The notes below the pieces were generated by a model. The model had not been told where the DNA came from and did not search any database. It worked only from the letters and a program-made list of their open reading frames with translations. The translations under genes and the position numbers were made by a program. Below, in pieces: positions 25,465-38,480 of a stretch of DNA of 64,000 nt. How positions within the stretch are numbered: position 1 is the stretch's first letter; every line of letters begins with the position of its first letter. Source of the DNA: Takakia lepidozioides (Eukaryota; Plantae; Bryophyta); assembly GCA_030704615.1 (NCBI GenBank), contig CM060734.1, positions 57,474,001-57,538,000 on the forward strand. Reading direction: 5' to 3'.

Positions 25465-28400
25465 TGTCTCCCTGTCCTCTAGGAAGCCTATTGCCATTGG
25501 GTGGACTTGATACGGGAGTACATTAATGTCTCTGTGACTAAATGCCGGCCTTGTGACCTCATGACCTTGTTTGTTTCGACCTGAAGCGCTTTGCTCCAGG
25601 TAAGGTAGTGCATTGGATTTAGTTGGAAAGCTTGGGGCCTTTTCCTCTTTAGAATATGCCTACACGGGCCATTCCCTGCAACTCCCTGGAGTGTGATCTC
25701 TGAATGGTAACAAGCGGACCCCTACCGCTTGGGGGCAGCCCCTCCGCCCAAATTGGGCAGTCGTATGCTCTGTCTAGCATACTCGGCACTTGGGCTCGGG
25801 TTGGTTCCTGTGCTTAAACTTATAGCCTGCGACAACAATCAAAATTTTAGCTCCTATCAACACCAACACTCCTTAGGGTGATTCCTGGGAATTGGTTACT
25901 GATGCCAAATCTAGGGCTTCATGTGTGGTTTTTGGGGTGAATCCCAGGATGGACGATGTGTCCTTTAAAACTACATGCTCTAGCTTAGGCTTGGATTTCA
26001 CGGCTAATGGTTCCATCTCCAGACTTGATAACAGGGGTACGTTGAAGGTTGCAATGACCAAAAGTGCTTCTAATAGAGTCCCACATCAATTCAATCTCAA
26101 AGAAGTTCGTCCCTTGACTGGCTGGAGAGCGGTCTCAGACCTTGGTGATTCAATGGGGCACTCTAGGAAGACAACCAAGGGCAAGGACTTCAACTTGAGA
26201 GTTTCTAATCGGTTTGATGCTCTGGATGAGGTTGAATCCAAACAGCCAGAAGGACAAGATGCCCCTAAGTGTACGGAACCTGAACGTCCTGAATCTGAAG
26301 GATTTGGTACTCTGAATGGTTTACCAATCCTCAAAGTCTACACAAGACGAGCAAAATCTATACACGGGGTAATTGTCTCCAAGCAGTCAGACGCACAATC
26401 TGTCCCTAAGTGTGCGGAGTCTGTGCGTCGTGTAACTGAAGGATTTGGTACCCTGAATGGTTTACCAATTCTCAAAGTTTACACAAGACGAGCAAAATCT
26501 ACACACGGGGTAACTGTCCCGCCTTTGCAGAACGGTTGGCCGTCCAGGAGCAATCACAAGCTACCTAGACGACAAACAATTCACATGCAAAGGGCTGGCT
26601 TGCGGCTGGCCACTTTCAACTTCTCAGGGCCGACTAACCAAAGGAAACAACTCGAAGTGGGACAAGTTCTTCGGACTAATGATATTCATATCTGTGCTGG
26701 GCAAGAAACTTGGGAAACGTCGGATAAACTGGTTGGAGATGTCATTGGTTATAAATGGGCAGGTAAGATGTGTACTCTCAAGACAGCCTCTGCCAAACGT
26801 GGTCAAAAGGGGGTTGGATTCTTTGTCCGTGACAATTGTGAAATTATCAACAAGGTTTGAGGTACGAGCATAGTATCTGGCTAAAGCTGAAACTGAAGGG
26901 TGGCATGAGTACGAAGGACCTCTTTGTGGGCTGTGTTTACATGCCCACAGAGGGGACCCTTAGTGCTGACGCAGACAAAGCCTTCGAAGATGTAAAGCTA
27001 GACTGTGCTTTATTCCTTGCCAGGTGATTTTATTGGGTGACTTCAATGCCCGGGTGGGTAAAGGTCTCCATCAGGATGATATCATTGGGCCTTTTGGTGA
27101 GGACCAGCTGAACTCTAATGGCAGACGGTTAATTAACTGTCTGGAAGAGCTTCAGCTTCTGGCCTTGAACAATAGGGCAAAAGGTGAACAAGTGCAGTGG
27201 ACTCGTGAGAAAGCCAAAACTGGGGAACGTTCCATTGTGGATTATATCATAATGGACAAAAATTCGTTTCCCCAGAGTGCCAATGTGTTGATCGACAGAA
27301 CTGATATTGGTACCTCTGACCACTTCCTGGTTTGGACTGAGATCAAAAGGTGTTTTCCCAACACCAAGAGATCTGTGAAACGTTCGATTCGGAAGTGGCG
27401 CATAGAAAAATTCCATAATGAAGAGGTCAAGGTTGAGTATATCCAGGCCTTGCAAGAGGCTCTTCCTCATTTTGTCCATTCGCTCCAAGACCTTGAGTCT
27501 TGCGCAGACAATGCAAGAAATGAAGTCGAAAGAGCAGTGGATTCTTGGGAGAGTTTCGTCTCCTCTGCGGCTGACAAGACCATTGGGAGGGAACTAATTG
27601 TCTGCGGTAGAGCTGTTAATTGGTGGACCAATGAGATTAAACTCAAGATAGCTGAGAGACGTGTCCTTTATAAAGAGTGCTGCAATTTGAAAACCAACAA
27701 GGAATTGTGGGCGAGGTACTACCAGATCCGTAAAGATATCAATCTGCTTGTAAGGGCTCAGAAGAAATTGTACTGGGACAAGTTATACAGTGAAATAAAC
27801 TCAAACCACCATGGTGGTAATGACAAGAGATTCTGGTTGGCCCTTCAACGCTTGTACAAGCCGAAACGCTGTCAGGAAGTACAAGCGCTGAAGACTACTA
27901 AGGGTGCAGTGGTAACTTCATCGGTCGACATTGTCAAAAGCCTTTGAAACCCACTACAGTATCCTTGGCAGAACTTCTAGGTCTAACAGTGAGGGGTCCT
28001 CTGATGAATGGAAGGACACAGTTGGTAAAACTGTTCCTATGATTCAAAACAGCCCTGATGAACTGGAGTATATTTCAAAAGCCTACAACGCTCCCATTAG
28101 TTCTTCTGAGATTGTGGAAGCAATTGAACATCTAAATGGATATAAAGCAGGTGGTCCTGATGGCATAGTCAACGAGATTATCAAGCACGGTGGCGATCCC
28201 ATGATAGAGGCCCTAGTTCTCCTCTTTAACCTTATCTGGAAGACTGAAATGATCCCCTTTCGATGGCGACAGGGGGTCATTGTCAATCTTTATAAGAAGG
28301 GTAACAGAGAAGACCCGGGGAACTATCGTGGCATCACGCTCCTCAATGCTGTTGGCAAGATATTTTGCAGAGTTATAAGTACTCGTCTCAAGGTTGATCT

Positions 28401-30172
28401 GGAATCTAGAGGTTGTTTTCACGAAGGCCAAGCTGGCTTTCGGCGAAACAGGGGCTGTGTGGACCATATCTTCACTCTAAGCCAGATTATCCAGGGAAGG
28501 AAAAAAGAAGGGAAACCCACTTATGTTTTTTTCTTGGATGTCAAGAAGGCTTATGATACAGTGTGGTCTATGGCTCCGCCTCTGGTCTTGTGGAATCAAG
28601 AGAAAAATGTGGAGAGTTGTCCATAACTTGTATGCCCACACCAAAAGCTGTGTCACTGTTAATGGACAGAAGTCTGACTTCTTTGACGTAGACCAAGGTG
28701 TAGCTCAAGGATGTACCCTCTCCCCTCTGCTCTTCAATGTTTTCATCAATCAACTCCTCGAGGATGTGGAACGTGAGGGATTTGGGTTAAGGGTGGGTGA
28801 TGCCACCATTCCAGCCCTTATGTTTGCGGATGACTTTGCAGGCATAGGGGAGACTCCTTCCAACCTCCAGGAATTGATTGATTGCGCGAAGAGATACTTT
28901 GATCTTTGGGGGCTAGAGGCTAATGTCAGTAAATGTGCAGTGGTGGCATTCAACGACGGAGGAGAGGGAGGAAGTGATCTTAAGTGGCAGTGGGGTAACC
29001 AAGAGATCCCAGTCCTCCCTTCCTACACATACCTGGGCGTTGAGTTTTCCTCCAACTGTAACTGGGATGCACACATCCAGAAAGTTGTTCAAACTGGCAA
29101 GGGCAAAGCGCTGAGTCTCACTAAATTTTTTCACTGCAGAGGGATTAACTCTGAGGTCAAGAAAACCTTGCTTTGCCGCTTTATTAGACCTGCCTTGGAG
29201 TACGGATCCGCTATATGGGTTGATAACTCCAACCAGGCTAAGTCTCTAGAATCCATTCAAGTGGGGGTGCTCAAGGAGTGCATGTCAGCATGCTCCAAAA
29301 CAGCCAATGTGGCTGTTCGGGGTGAGTTTGGCATCCCTTCCTTAAGCTCCCGACAAGATGAATTCAAGGTCAGATGGTGGGGTGAGTTGCAACACATGTC
29401 CGACACCAGATACCCTAAGTTAATCGACTCTATATCTTGGAAACAGGACCGCCCTGCCAAACACGCAAAGTCCTGGCAGAAGAGAGTAGAAGGGATTCTC
29501 AAGGATCTGAATCTGGACCCGCAAGTCTTGACTTTGCTGGATAAATCTGACTTAGAGACTGTAGTGTCCAAAGCCATGTCTGTTACGAGCAAATTGTCTG
29601 ATGCAAATGAAGTTAGGCAGAAAACTTCCCTGAACCTGTTTCCAGTCTGTGACAGGGGGGAGGATATCATGGATGACCTCAAGGGTCTACCCACTCTCGG
29701 CATCAGACTGAAATTTAAACTCAGGGCAGGAAGCCTTGCTTTGAACAGTAAACTGAAGCAGAGAGGAAAGGGAGAGTGCAATTGCCCGTTGTGTGGGCAA
29801 CCCGAAGACAATATTCATTTTCCGATTCACTGTCCGGGGTACTCTCACCAGAGAGAAGCTCTCCTCCAATCTATCAAGAGAATTGTGCCTGTACCCCTGT
29901 TTACCAACTTTGAAAGTCTCGAGGCTGAGCCAAAAGCCCAGGCCCATCTGAGGCCTAGTTTTTGGGCAAATCACACACAGCAGATTGATGCTTGTGTGAA
30001 GGGATTTCTAGAGGATATCTGGAAAACCCGGATCAATGCTTTATACCAAGGTAAGTCTTACTACCAACGTCAGCCCCTGACAGAGGTAGGTTCTGTCCCT
30101 TTGTGTTCCGCTCAAACTGGGCGCGGGGTCAATGGCCACAAGGCTACGGCAAACAACGTCTTATGAGTACAT
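25465..30172 (+). mobile_element. Non-LTR retrotransposon (LINE): APE endonuclease + RT + C-terminal Cys/His finger, frameshifted
   Basis: ATFNF, GQETW, GVGF, LLGDFNAR, IVDYI, SDH (APE); PGNYRGITL, QAGFR, QGCTLSP, FADD (RT); CPLC...HFPIHC. Candidate 13-bp TSD TCTGTGACAAGCG at 25452-25464 and 30173-30185. Confidence 0.9.
26262..26517 (+). repeat. Tandem ~115-bp duplication in the LINE N-terminal region
   Basis: PKC...EGFGTLNGLPILKVYTRRAKS.HGV is encoded twice. Confidence 0.85.
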
Positions 30173-30178
30173 TCTGTG

Positions 30179-30348
30179 ACAAGCGCTGGAGACTACTAAG
30201 GGTGCAGTGGTGACTTCAACGGTTGTCAAAACCTTTGACAATATCCTTGGCAGAACCTCTAGGTCAAACAGTGAGGGGTCCTATGATGAATGGAAGGACA
30301 CAGTTGGAAAAACTGTTCCTATGAATCAAAACAGCCCTATGAACTGGA
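30179..30348 (+). repeat. Diverged duplicate of the LINE internal segment ~27881-28067
   Basis: ILGRTSRSNSEGS.DEWKDTVGKTVPM is repeated with small deletions. Confidence 0.85.
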
Positions 30349-31169
30349 TCGTCAGTTCGGCGCGAATGTCTGCGGTGGCTGGTCTTTGATGAAGCTGACA
30401 GGTCTTCTCCATCTCTCGGCGATCAGCGTCATGCCTGTGGGCCTTTGTTGCTCCAACTGTCACTCTGTACATTTGCTGAAGCAGAAAAGCCTAGTGTAGT
30501 ATCTCACATGTTGAATGCTAGGTGAAACACCCACTACCAATCAAGTGATAATATATACTCGGAAGTATCATCCCTGCAGATTTTTTTCTTCAAGGGCTTT
30601 TTTATTGGAATATTGAGGACCTATTTGATTGGTTTCGAGTTATCACCTAGATATTATTCCTCTCGAGGCCTGTCCACCTAGAATGAAATCCACGCTTGCC
30701 AATGCACTCATGCAGTTATGTGTTAGACTGCAGGTGTCAATGGATTGTGTAGAAGAGCTTTGGAACTCTATCTTGGCACCATTGTACTACAAGGTGCATG
30801 CCCCAGGCCTTGGTAATATTGCTGTTTACCGTCCTAGACCAATGCCACTGAGGACAGAGGAGAAGGGAACCCTGGGTGCGTGGAAGGAATGCGAGAAAGA
30901 AAGAGAGGACTTGATAATGTGCAGAAGGAGAGAACACTAAACCATCTACATGCAGTAGAATACCCTGTGCAGATCTTACCGAACAAACCAGACCCCGATA
31001 TCTCCTTTCTCACAATCACGTCCCAGTGCAAACACTATCTCGATGCACTGGAGGAAGAGTACCCTTAAACAATCTTTGAACGAGCTGGGCTGGAATCTTG
31101 ACTCTGTGTATCCATCAGCAGGCCGGGGTTGCCCGGTTCTGCTTTCCAGCTTCTGGCTTATGTCCGTGG

Positions 31170-31275
31170 CTGGAATCGCACTGTCCAGGCCTACAGTTGC
31201 GGGTTCACTTAGACTTAGACTTGCAAGTTTTTCCACACGCTCATTCAATGTCGCCGAAAGAAGCACATGCTGAAA
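31170..31275 (-). pseudogene. DEAD-box RNA helicase fragment (motif III SAT region, DBP7/RH17-like)
   Basis: HVLLSATLNERVEKLASLSLSEPATVGLD; isolated, with no other helicase motifs nearby. Confidence 0.55.
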
Positions 31276-32914
31276 AAGGGCTTGAAAAGAGCTGAAAAAG
31301 ATCAAATCTTTCCTCCCCTGCTGGCCAGACATTAGCGCAAGAGAACCCTGTTGTGACCATGCACTCTATCAGTCAGGGCCTGGACAACCTGCTAAAATTT
31401 TGGGACCTGGTCGTCTGTTCGCAGCAAGTTGCGAATTGTTGCCTTGTTGGCGCTGCTGCAGATGGGCCACCCATCTCTTATCCAGTCATGAAGTCCAATG
31501 CTTTTGTACTTGTATGAGGTGACAATGCCAAGGAAAACAATGAAAATATGCATTGGAAGTTCCAGAAACAGAGATCTACAATCATGGTGACTGTTTGACA
31601 GATTTCCGAAGTTATCAATCGAAGTGTGTCGATCATCACAAATTGTGCTGGGGGGACGAAAGGTCTTGAAGAGGAGGAGATGGCACAATGTGCAACGCAA
31701 ATGCAGGTGTTCTCACATAGAGATGTGGGTAGAGTCTTTGGTGATCGTCGAGCTTCCAAGGGTACTCATTGCTCTCAAAATTCCGCGCAGTTTTTGAATG
31801 GGTTACTCAAAGTTGCAGTTACTGCTCGCACATTCGCTAGTGTGAACCAGGGGTGGAGGTCGGCCTTCTCTCAACTCACTAGCAGCTTTAGTACATCTGC
31901 AAATGTAGAACGGAAAAAATCTTGGAATTTATCAGGTAGGTCTTGTACGTGGCTTCGATTCTTCTGGGTTTGGACTTCAAGTAGAATTCTAGAATTTTAG
32001 GCAGAACACACGACGTTGGCCTCTCAGCCCTATGTTTGCATCCCTCTGAATAAAAGCCTTACTGTTTTTCAGTATGCACTCCAATACCGTTCTCGAGCAG
32101 CTAAAGTTTCATCACAGGTGAATGCAAAGGACTTTTAAATGTGACAATGTTTACTACTACATTGACGAGATGCATTGTCAAGTGAAAAATCAAAGAAGAT
32201 TTTTGTGAACTACGTGGAACCGTTGTGAACTAAGATATTGTTGGGCACATGTGTGCGAATTTCATCTTAGAGGATTGCATTTGGGCGTACAACACTGTCG
32301 CACTAGACCAGTGTCGTGTGCTTTTGAATTGTTTGTCTTTGTTCCCTCATGTTCGTTCCGTGCTTCCGCACTCGAAATCCTTACTTCCATGCCTCATTCA
32401 AATGCGTCAACACCATTTTACTCCTACATGTTCTAAACCTTTTGCCAAGTTTTCTCACGCTGAGACAGAGTCGGTATGCATTAGTGTGATCTGGGGTGTC
32501 TTTGTAAAAACAGAAGGCACATGCTACGAGCTTGAAGGCCAGTACTTTGATGACTACCTCCCGTGGCCCTTCAAGATGGTCATGGTGATGGTCATTGGAG
32601 GTGCAATGAAAATGATGATACTTGGAAAATTGATATCAGATACTGACAAGACATGATGACACAACTTTCTTGCCTCCGGATGTGGGAAAACTTAAGGGGT
32701 AACACATTGACCAGATCCTCCACAACTCCATAGTACAACCTTGCACATCAAGAGAGATGGAAGCATCCCCGTACGAACCCAGGGCTTCAAGCAGCTTGAT
32801 GAATTGGTCACCATCACAGGCAAGACTGGACAGCGTGTAGGGAATCATAAAATCGGGAACGTCGACCCTCATTGTCTGAGAAGATGGGGACTTGTGTGGG
32901 ACACACGTTAATTT

Positions 32915-33389
32915 TTAGGCCATGGTCTAACTTCATGATCCCCTTTCCCTGCATATATTGGAAAAGGTGGTTTTGCCCTTGTTGGAGGTACCGCCATCTG
33001 TGGCCCTACACCCTGCCCTCTCACAGGTGTTGGTCCTTGAGGACCTACTGTTGTAGTGGTGGAACTCCCACCAGGTATTGGCCCATGAGCACTCCCTGCT
33101 ACTGGCCCCTCTGTACTTACAGTATTCCCAGCTCCAGTTGCACTACTTCCCACACTCCCTGTCCCCCAGAGCCACAACGAAGCTGCCCGCTTGATCCCCC
33201 TGAGCGGACACCTTCGTTGGTCTGTGATTCAAGTACTCCACTTGATCCAGGTCCAACAGGTTGGGATGTCCTGGTTGTAGTCTCAACCTCAACTGTTGGG
33301 TCTACTTCTTCATACTCTTCATCTTCCAAATTCATCTCTCTGTTTTCATCTTCCAAGTTCTTCTCTTGGTTTTCCTCTTGCTCACTCAT
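32915..33389 (-). mobile_element. 5' gag fragment of the same Ty3/gypsy family as 59560-62458
   Basis: PVRGQGVGPQM..PTRAKP.FPIY.GKGDH is shared with 59610-59745. Confidence 0.75.
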
Positions 33390-33457
33390 ATAACTAACTG
33401 GAGTGGTATTGAAGAGTCTGAACTCTCGTTGGCTCTACCACATCTTCCTCTCCTTCT

Positions 33458-34960
33458 TTGTCTTGTGTTGCCTTCCGGATTGTTCATGGGTACATCTACA
33501 CCAAGACCAAGGAGGTACGTAGTTTGGTCATGGGTTGTGGTTTATACTATGCTGCTTGTTTCATTGCACGCTATCACATTGAGCAGCAGAAAATGCAGAC
33601 GAGATTTCACAGTTATTCCACTCGTGATCATTGGGTTTTACCTCATACGTATCTGCATGATATGAAGATCATGTTGTAGAAGAATTCTCAACTTCGTTCT
33701 TGGTTCAATTTTGTTTTGGACACTTTGACCAAAGAAAAATTGGGCCTTGACGATATTTTTTATAAGGGACATGAAGCCAGGAAATACTTACACTATTCCA
33801 AGGTCGTTGGCACACCCCTCATTTATACGGACAATGAGCTACGGGAGTACACTGGTTTTGCTCGCAAGAGATTGATGCAAGTGTTAAAATTTAAGCTTCC
33901 AGATATGGTGGGCAAACACTGTATGCCACGCAGGATTCCTGAGAAGCCACCTAAGGTCAGAGCACCAAAAGGCCACAGGGGGGAAGATGATTCTGATATT
34001 ACTGGTTCTATGGAGGAACCTTTTGACATGGCTGAGGACTATGCAATACAAATGGTAGAGAAGAAACGACGGGGATCTCATATGCCTGAGAAGTTACCTC
34101 GTTATCAGCCAAATGAAGGACAATCATTTCCATTTGGTGAACAGTCATCTCCACCAGCCAGTGACAGGGCTCGGGCTCGCACACAAAGCCCTCCAAGGGA
34201 CTCTCACCGACAGAAGGGTCCTCGTTCCCAAAGGTTTGCTGATCTTAAGTAAACCGTGAGGACACGGCTTTTTGAGAGGGGGAAGGGTAATGTTAGAGGG
34301 ATGTCTGGGACTTAGACAGTTTTACGAATTTTGTGGGGTACCCTTAATTTTTGTGCAGACTTACGGATGGTAGACTTAGACCAACATAGGCCTTAGGGGT
34401 GACAGACACAGGCTTTAGGGGCGGTAGACAAGTGTACACACTCAGTCACAGGCTTACACAGTTTGACACAGCCTTACACAGTCTATCACAGCCCGACACA
34501 ACCCGACATAGTCAACCACAGCCCGACATAGCCCCACACGGTCCGGCACAGCCAATCACAGCTTGACACAGTCACAGCCCGTCACAACGTATATAAGGAA
34601 CGGTTATCATTGGCAGGGAACGATTGTATAGGAACGACATCTGCAAAGGGAACGTGTTTTCTTCTTGGATGACAGTTAGTTAGTTAGGCGGTTAGAACAG
34701 CTTGTAGATAGATTAGGCAGAGCAGCAACATGGAGGAGACCACTCTTCGGGACACACTTCTGGGGATCACGACTTGGTCATCAGGGAGAGAAGGAGGATC
34801 TGGAGCTAAGGAATGGAGAGCACAGTGGAGGAGGAGACGATCTGAGATGCTTGATTCATGCAAGCTGTAGAGATGTACTGTAGAGCAGACTAGAGACACC
34901 ATGGCCACGCCCTGATACTTGATAGATCTTAATCTAATACATATTCCATACTCACATTGT
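33458..34960 (+). mobile_element. 3' end of an LTR retrotransposon: extra ORF (one stop), PPT and probable 3' LTR; right boundary uncertain
   Basis: Continuous frame 33458-34252; purine tract GAGAGGGGGAAGGGTAA followed by TGTTAG at 34291; ACAGCCCGAC-type short repeats; TATATAAG at about 34590. Confidence 0.55.
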
Positions 34961-35189
34961 GTAGAAAGACCTGAGTGAAGCTGTGGAATGAATGGATGAG
35001 TGATTGGAACCTGATAGATTGCTGACGCAATCTGTTACTTAATCATAAATAGTAAGGTAACTTGTTGACATGAAGGCAAGAAGGAATACAAACAAGAAGC
35101 ACTTCCATGATACACTAGTTGTAGGTCATGACCGATTGTTCTAAGCGGGCTGAGTGCTTAGAGATTTCCAACTCTTCTATCTTGGAGTT

Positions 35190-38100
35190 CCCACCTCGGA
35201 TAGCAAAGGGATGGGTGAGTAAAAGCCGCTCGACATCTACCACGTATGTGTAGCCTCCGGTCTTTAGCCGAACATTCGCTAAGTGACCCACTGGTCTGAT
35301 CTTCCGTTGGTCAGCCGGTCTGATAGTTAATGGAGACTCCCCTATCATGTTCAACCATAACTTTGACAAGGTGGAGAGTGGCATGATGTTGACTGAGCTC
35401 CCGTCATCCACTAAACAACGTCGTATCAGACGGTCTGCAATCTCCACTTCTATTTCTACTGGGCCCGAATCGACATGGGCGTTAATGTGGTGGGTCTGAG
35501 CAAAAGTACCTACTCGTTTCCTCACCAAGGATGCTTTGAGTGCATGTCGGACTATTGATGCCAGTGCTATGAGATGGGCAAATGTAATGTTTGTCTGAAT
35601 GTGGCGCAAGTCTTCCATTAGATTATACGGCTCCAACTCATCGGTGAAGCGCATAGTGGAATGCGTTCTCCTTTTGGGAAGTTCGCTGGTGCTACTGGTC
35701 GATTGGCCGAACTCTTTGTTCTGGATGTCAAAAGTGGCCGAGAAATGGTTGGCCGGACTGCCAGAGATTCGGTCTCTGCAAATGCTACCTCCTTCTCCTT
35801 GGGATGGGTATCCTCTTCCTCCCTGAGTACAGTTTCCGCCACCTTCCGTGCGTTTGACTTCATGACTTTAAAGTTCAGATCTGACTGACTCCGACGCCAC
35901 ATACCCAGGGCCCTTTCCCTCGCGTATCTTGTTGTTGTTGTTGGGTCATACCTGCATAGCTACCTTCCTCTAGGTTAGCCTGCGTAGTTTGATTGGCGCA
36001 GAGCTCACTGGAAATCCAATTGACTTGGTGTTGCGTCTCCTATTGACAGGACGACTGACTTGGATGCATACTAGCCTGTTGTTGGGATGGCGCTGAAGTG
36101 GACGCCTGCTGCCCTCCCTGCACCCTTACATCCTGAGGAGGAGACCACGTATTAGAAGAACCCTAGGCTATCTGAGCCACAGGATTTGAATAGGCTGCTC
36201 GGGAATTTTGTCCCATAGCTGCCTTGCCCCCAGAATATGATGGGCCTGCCTGATCTGTTCTAGGCCGATGTGCTATCTGTGTTGGAGTAGCAAAATACAT
36301 GTTATGATGTTGTGGTAGAGGGTTGGGTGGTTCAGTGGTATACTGATCCGGGAAGGGTGCTCGCTGCCCTTCCAAGTTCCTCTCTACTTGTTGAATGGTG
36401 GCCGGCGTAGGCTAGTCCACTTGTCTATGACATTTGTCCAAGGGGCGACCTCGTTGGCCACAGTGCAAACACACAATGTCACTCCAACAATTTTCAGTTG
36501 GGTGAGTGGTTCTTCCGCACTTTTGACATCCTCTACGGGATTGATTGAATTGCCTTTTTGTTTATCTTGATAAGTTGGGTTCCGGATTACCTGCCTTTTC
36601 CGAATGGGATAAAGACAGTGTTGAGACGCATGTCTCGAGTTGTTGCAATTGGAACACCATACCTTGGCCGGGTTGGGGCCGGACTCTCCAACTGGGGCCG
36701 CATCTCGGTACCCCACTGGTAATCTGCTGACCGATTGAGCTCATGCGGTTGCCCATTGTTTCAATTGTCTTGATGAGAGAAGTGACTTGTGCCTCTAAAT
36801 GGCCCACTCGCGAATCGGATTGCCCGCTTGAATCTGCATGTGAGTTGGTAAGAACAGTGTTCATGTATTGCGGCACCGTTGGCGCTACTACGGGTGTCGA
36901 GGCCGCTGCTGGGGCATAGGGTCTCACTCCTCCTACATAAGATGGCGTGTAATGCATCGCGGGCTGGATTACCGCTAATGGTGCCGGCTCCTACGCGGGC
37001 TCGATTGAAATGTACGATGGTAGAGCAAAGTCGGGCATCTTAGCTCGTTGTACTTGGCGTTGCATGTTGTCAAATTCCTTGCCCACTTGTATGGCATCTA
37101 CCAAAGTTGCGGGTCTTTGCTGCAAAACATGAAAGTGAGTGGCCTCTCGTAATCCACTCAAAAACAATCTTTGAGTACCCCATCATCTAGGGGGGTCAAA
37201 GGGTTTTGGAGTCGCATTAGCTCCCTGAATCGCATTTCGAAGTCTGCTACCTCCTCTGTGGGGCCTTGGCGAATCCTTGCCAGTGCCATCAAGACACTGG
37301 TGAACTGGTGGACTGCCCGAAAATGATCTAGAAATGCATCCCGAATCTGCCGCCAAGTAATAAATATACCTGGAGCCTGTTGCCAATACCAAATAGATGC
37401 TCTTCCCCTCATGGTTGTGGGAAACCATATCAGCCAATGGGCATCATTTAGTGCTTGGTTAGAGTAGCAACATTGAATGAAACTCTTCACATGATATTCT
37501 GGATTTTCATGTGCTTCCCCAGAGAACCAAGGCAGATGCCTGGGCAATGTGAGCGGGGGCAGGCCTGTTGGAACCACAATGGGTACCTCAAGAGGTCCTG
37601 GAATATGTGCCATGATTGACACTAATGACGGCGAGGGACTCCTTGACCTGGCCGGTGGGGTATAAGGGGGACTAGAGATAGGGGAAACCACTCGTGAACA
37701 CTCGATGTCCGAAGAACTTTCAATGTTCTCTCCTTCCCACTCTCTCTTTCCCAAACTTCTAGTTTCTAAGTCTGACTCTGGACTCAATGCTGGGTTTTTC
37801 CCTAGCAACTGATCATGGACGGCTTCTCTAGCCAGTCTTCTCTGTAACCTGGTATCAAACGATATGCTATCCAGGCTTGGGAGTGTGTCTCTTGATCCTG
37901 AGAGACATACACTCACTGTTGGACCGACGAGGATTCTCCTGCCTCAGTCTGTACTGAAGGACCTATATTTCCTTGAACTACCATGTCAAGAATAAACAAG
38001 GTCAAATCTGCATACCTTCCATGAAACCGCGGCGATGGAGGCACGTCAATGTGCAATCGATGGTGCATTAAGGGATAACCAACCGGCCAAGGTCCTTCAC

Positions 38101-38480
38101 AATGCGAGCACTCGGATCGGAGTATCAGATGCTGGCTTGCAAAGAACTGGCAAGACTCACAATGAGTATAGAAATCAACTTGCCACCCTAGTGGGCTAGG
38201 AGGGAAGAACTCGGGTGTAGTGCTCCCAAGTAAATACCTGGGTAGGGACAACCCGGAAACACAAATCTGTCTGGGCACCAATAAAAATTTTGAGTGGTGC
38301 CGTATGGAAGAATTCGGGTATTCCAAACTCTATCGTCAATCCAACATTTCTTATGCATTTTTTTCTCCCCCAGATATCGGATATATTCTTCGATCCTCTC
38401 CCGGGTAGATAAGGGTTTGTGGAAAAACCGATGTCGAATGCGCTTCACTTTTTTGTCAAAGAACATGTCAGCTTTTTAAT
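35190..38480 (-). mobile_element. Degenerate Ty3/gypsy gag-zinc knuckle-protease fragment with upstream ORF remnants
   Basis: LPWFSGE...HVKSF...WFPTTMRGRASIWY (gag); WCSNCNNSRHASQHC; CLVDDGSSVNIMP; many stops. Confidence 0.8.
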
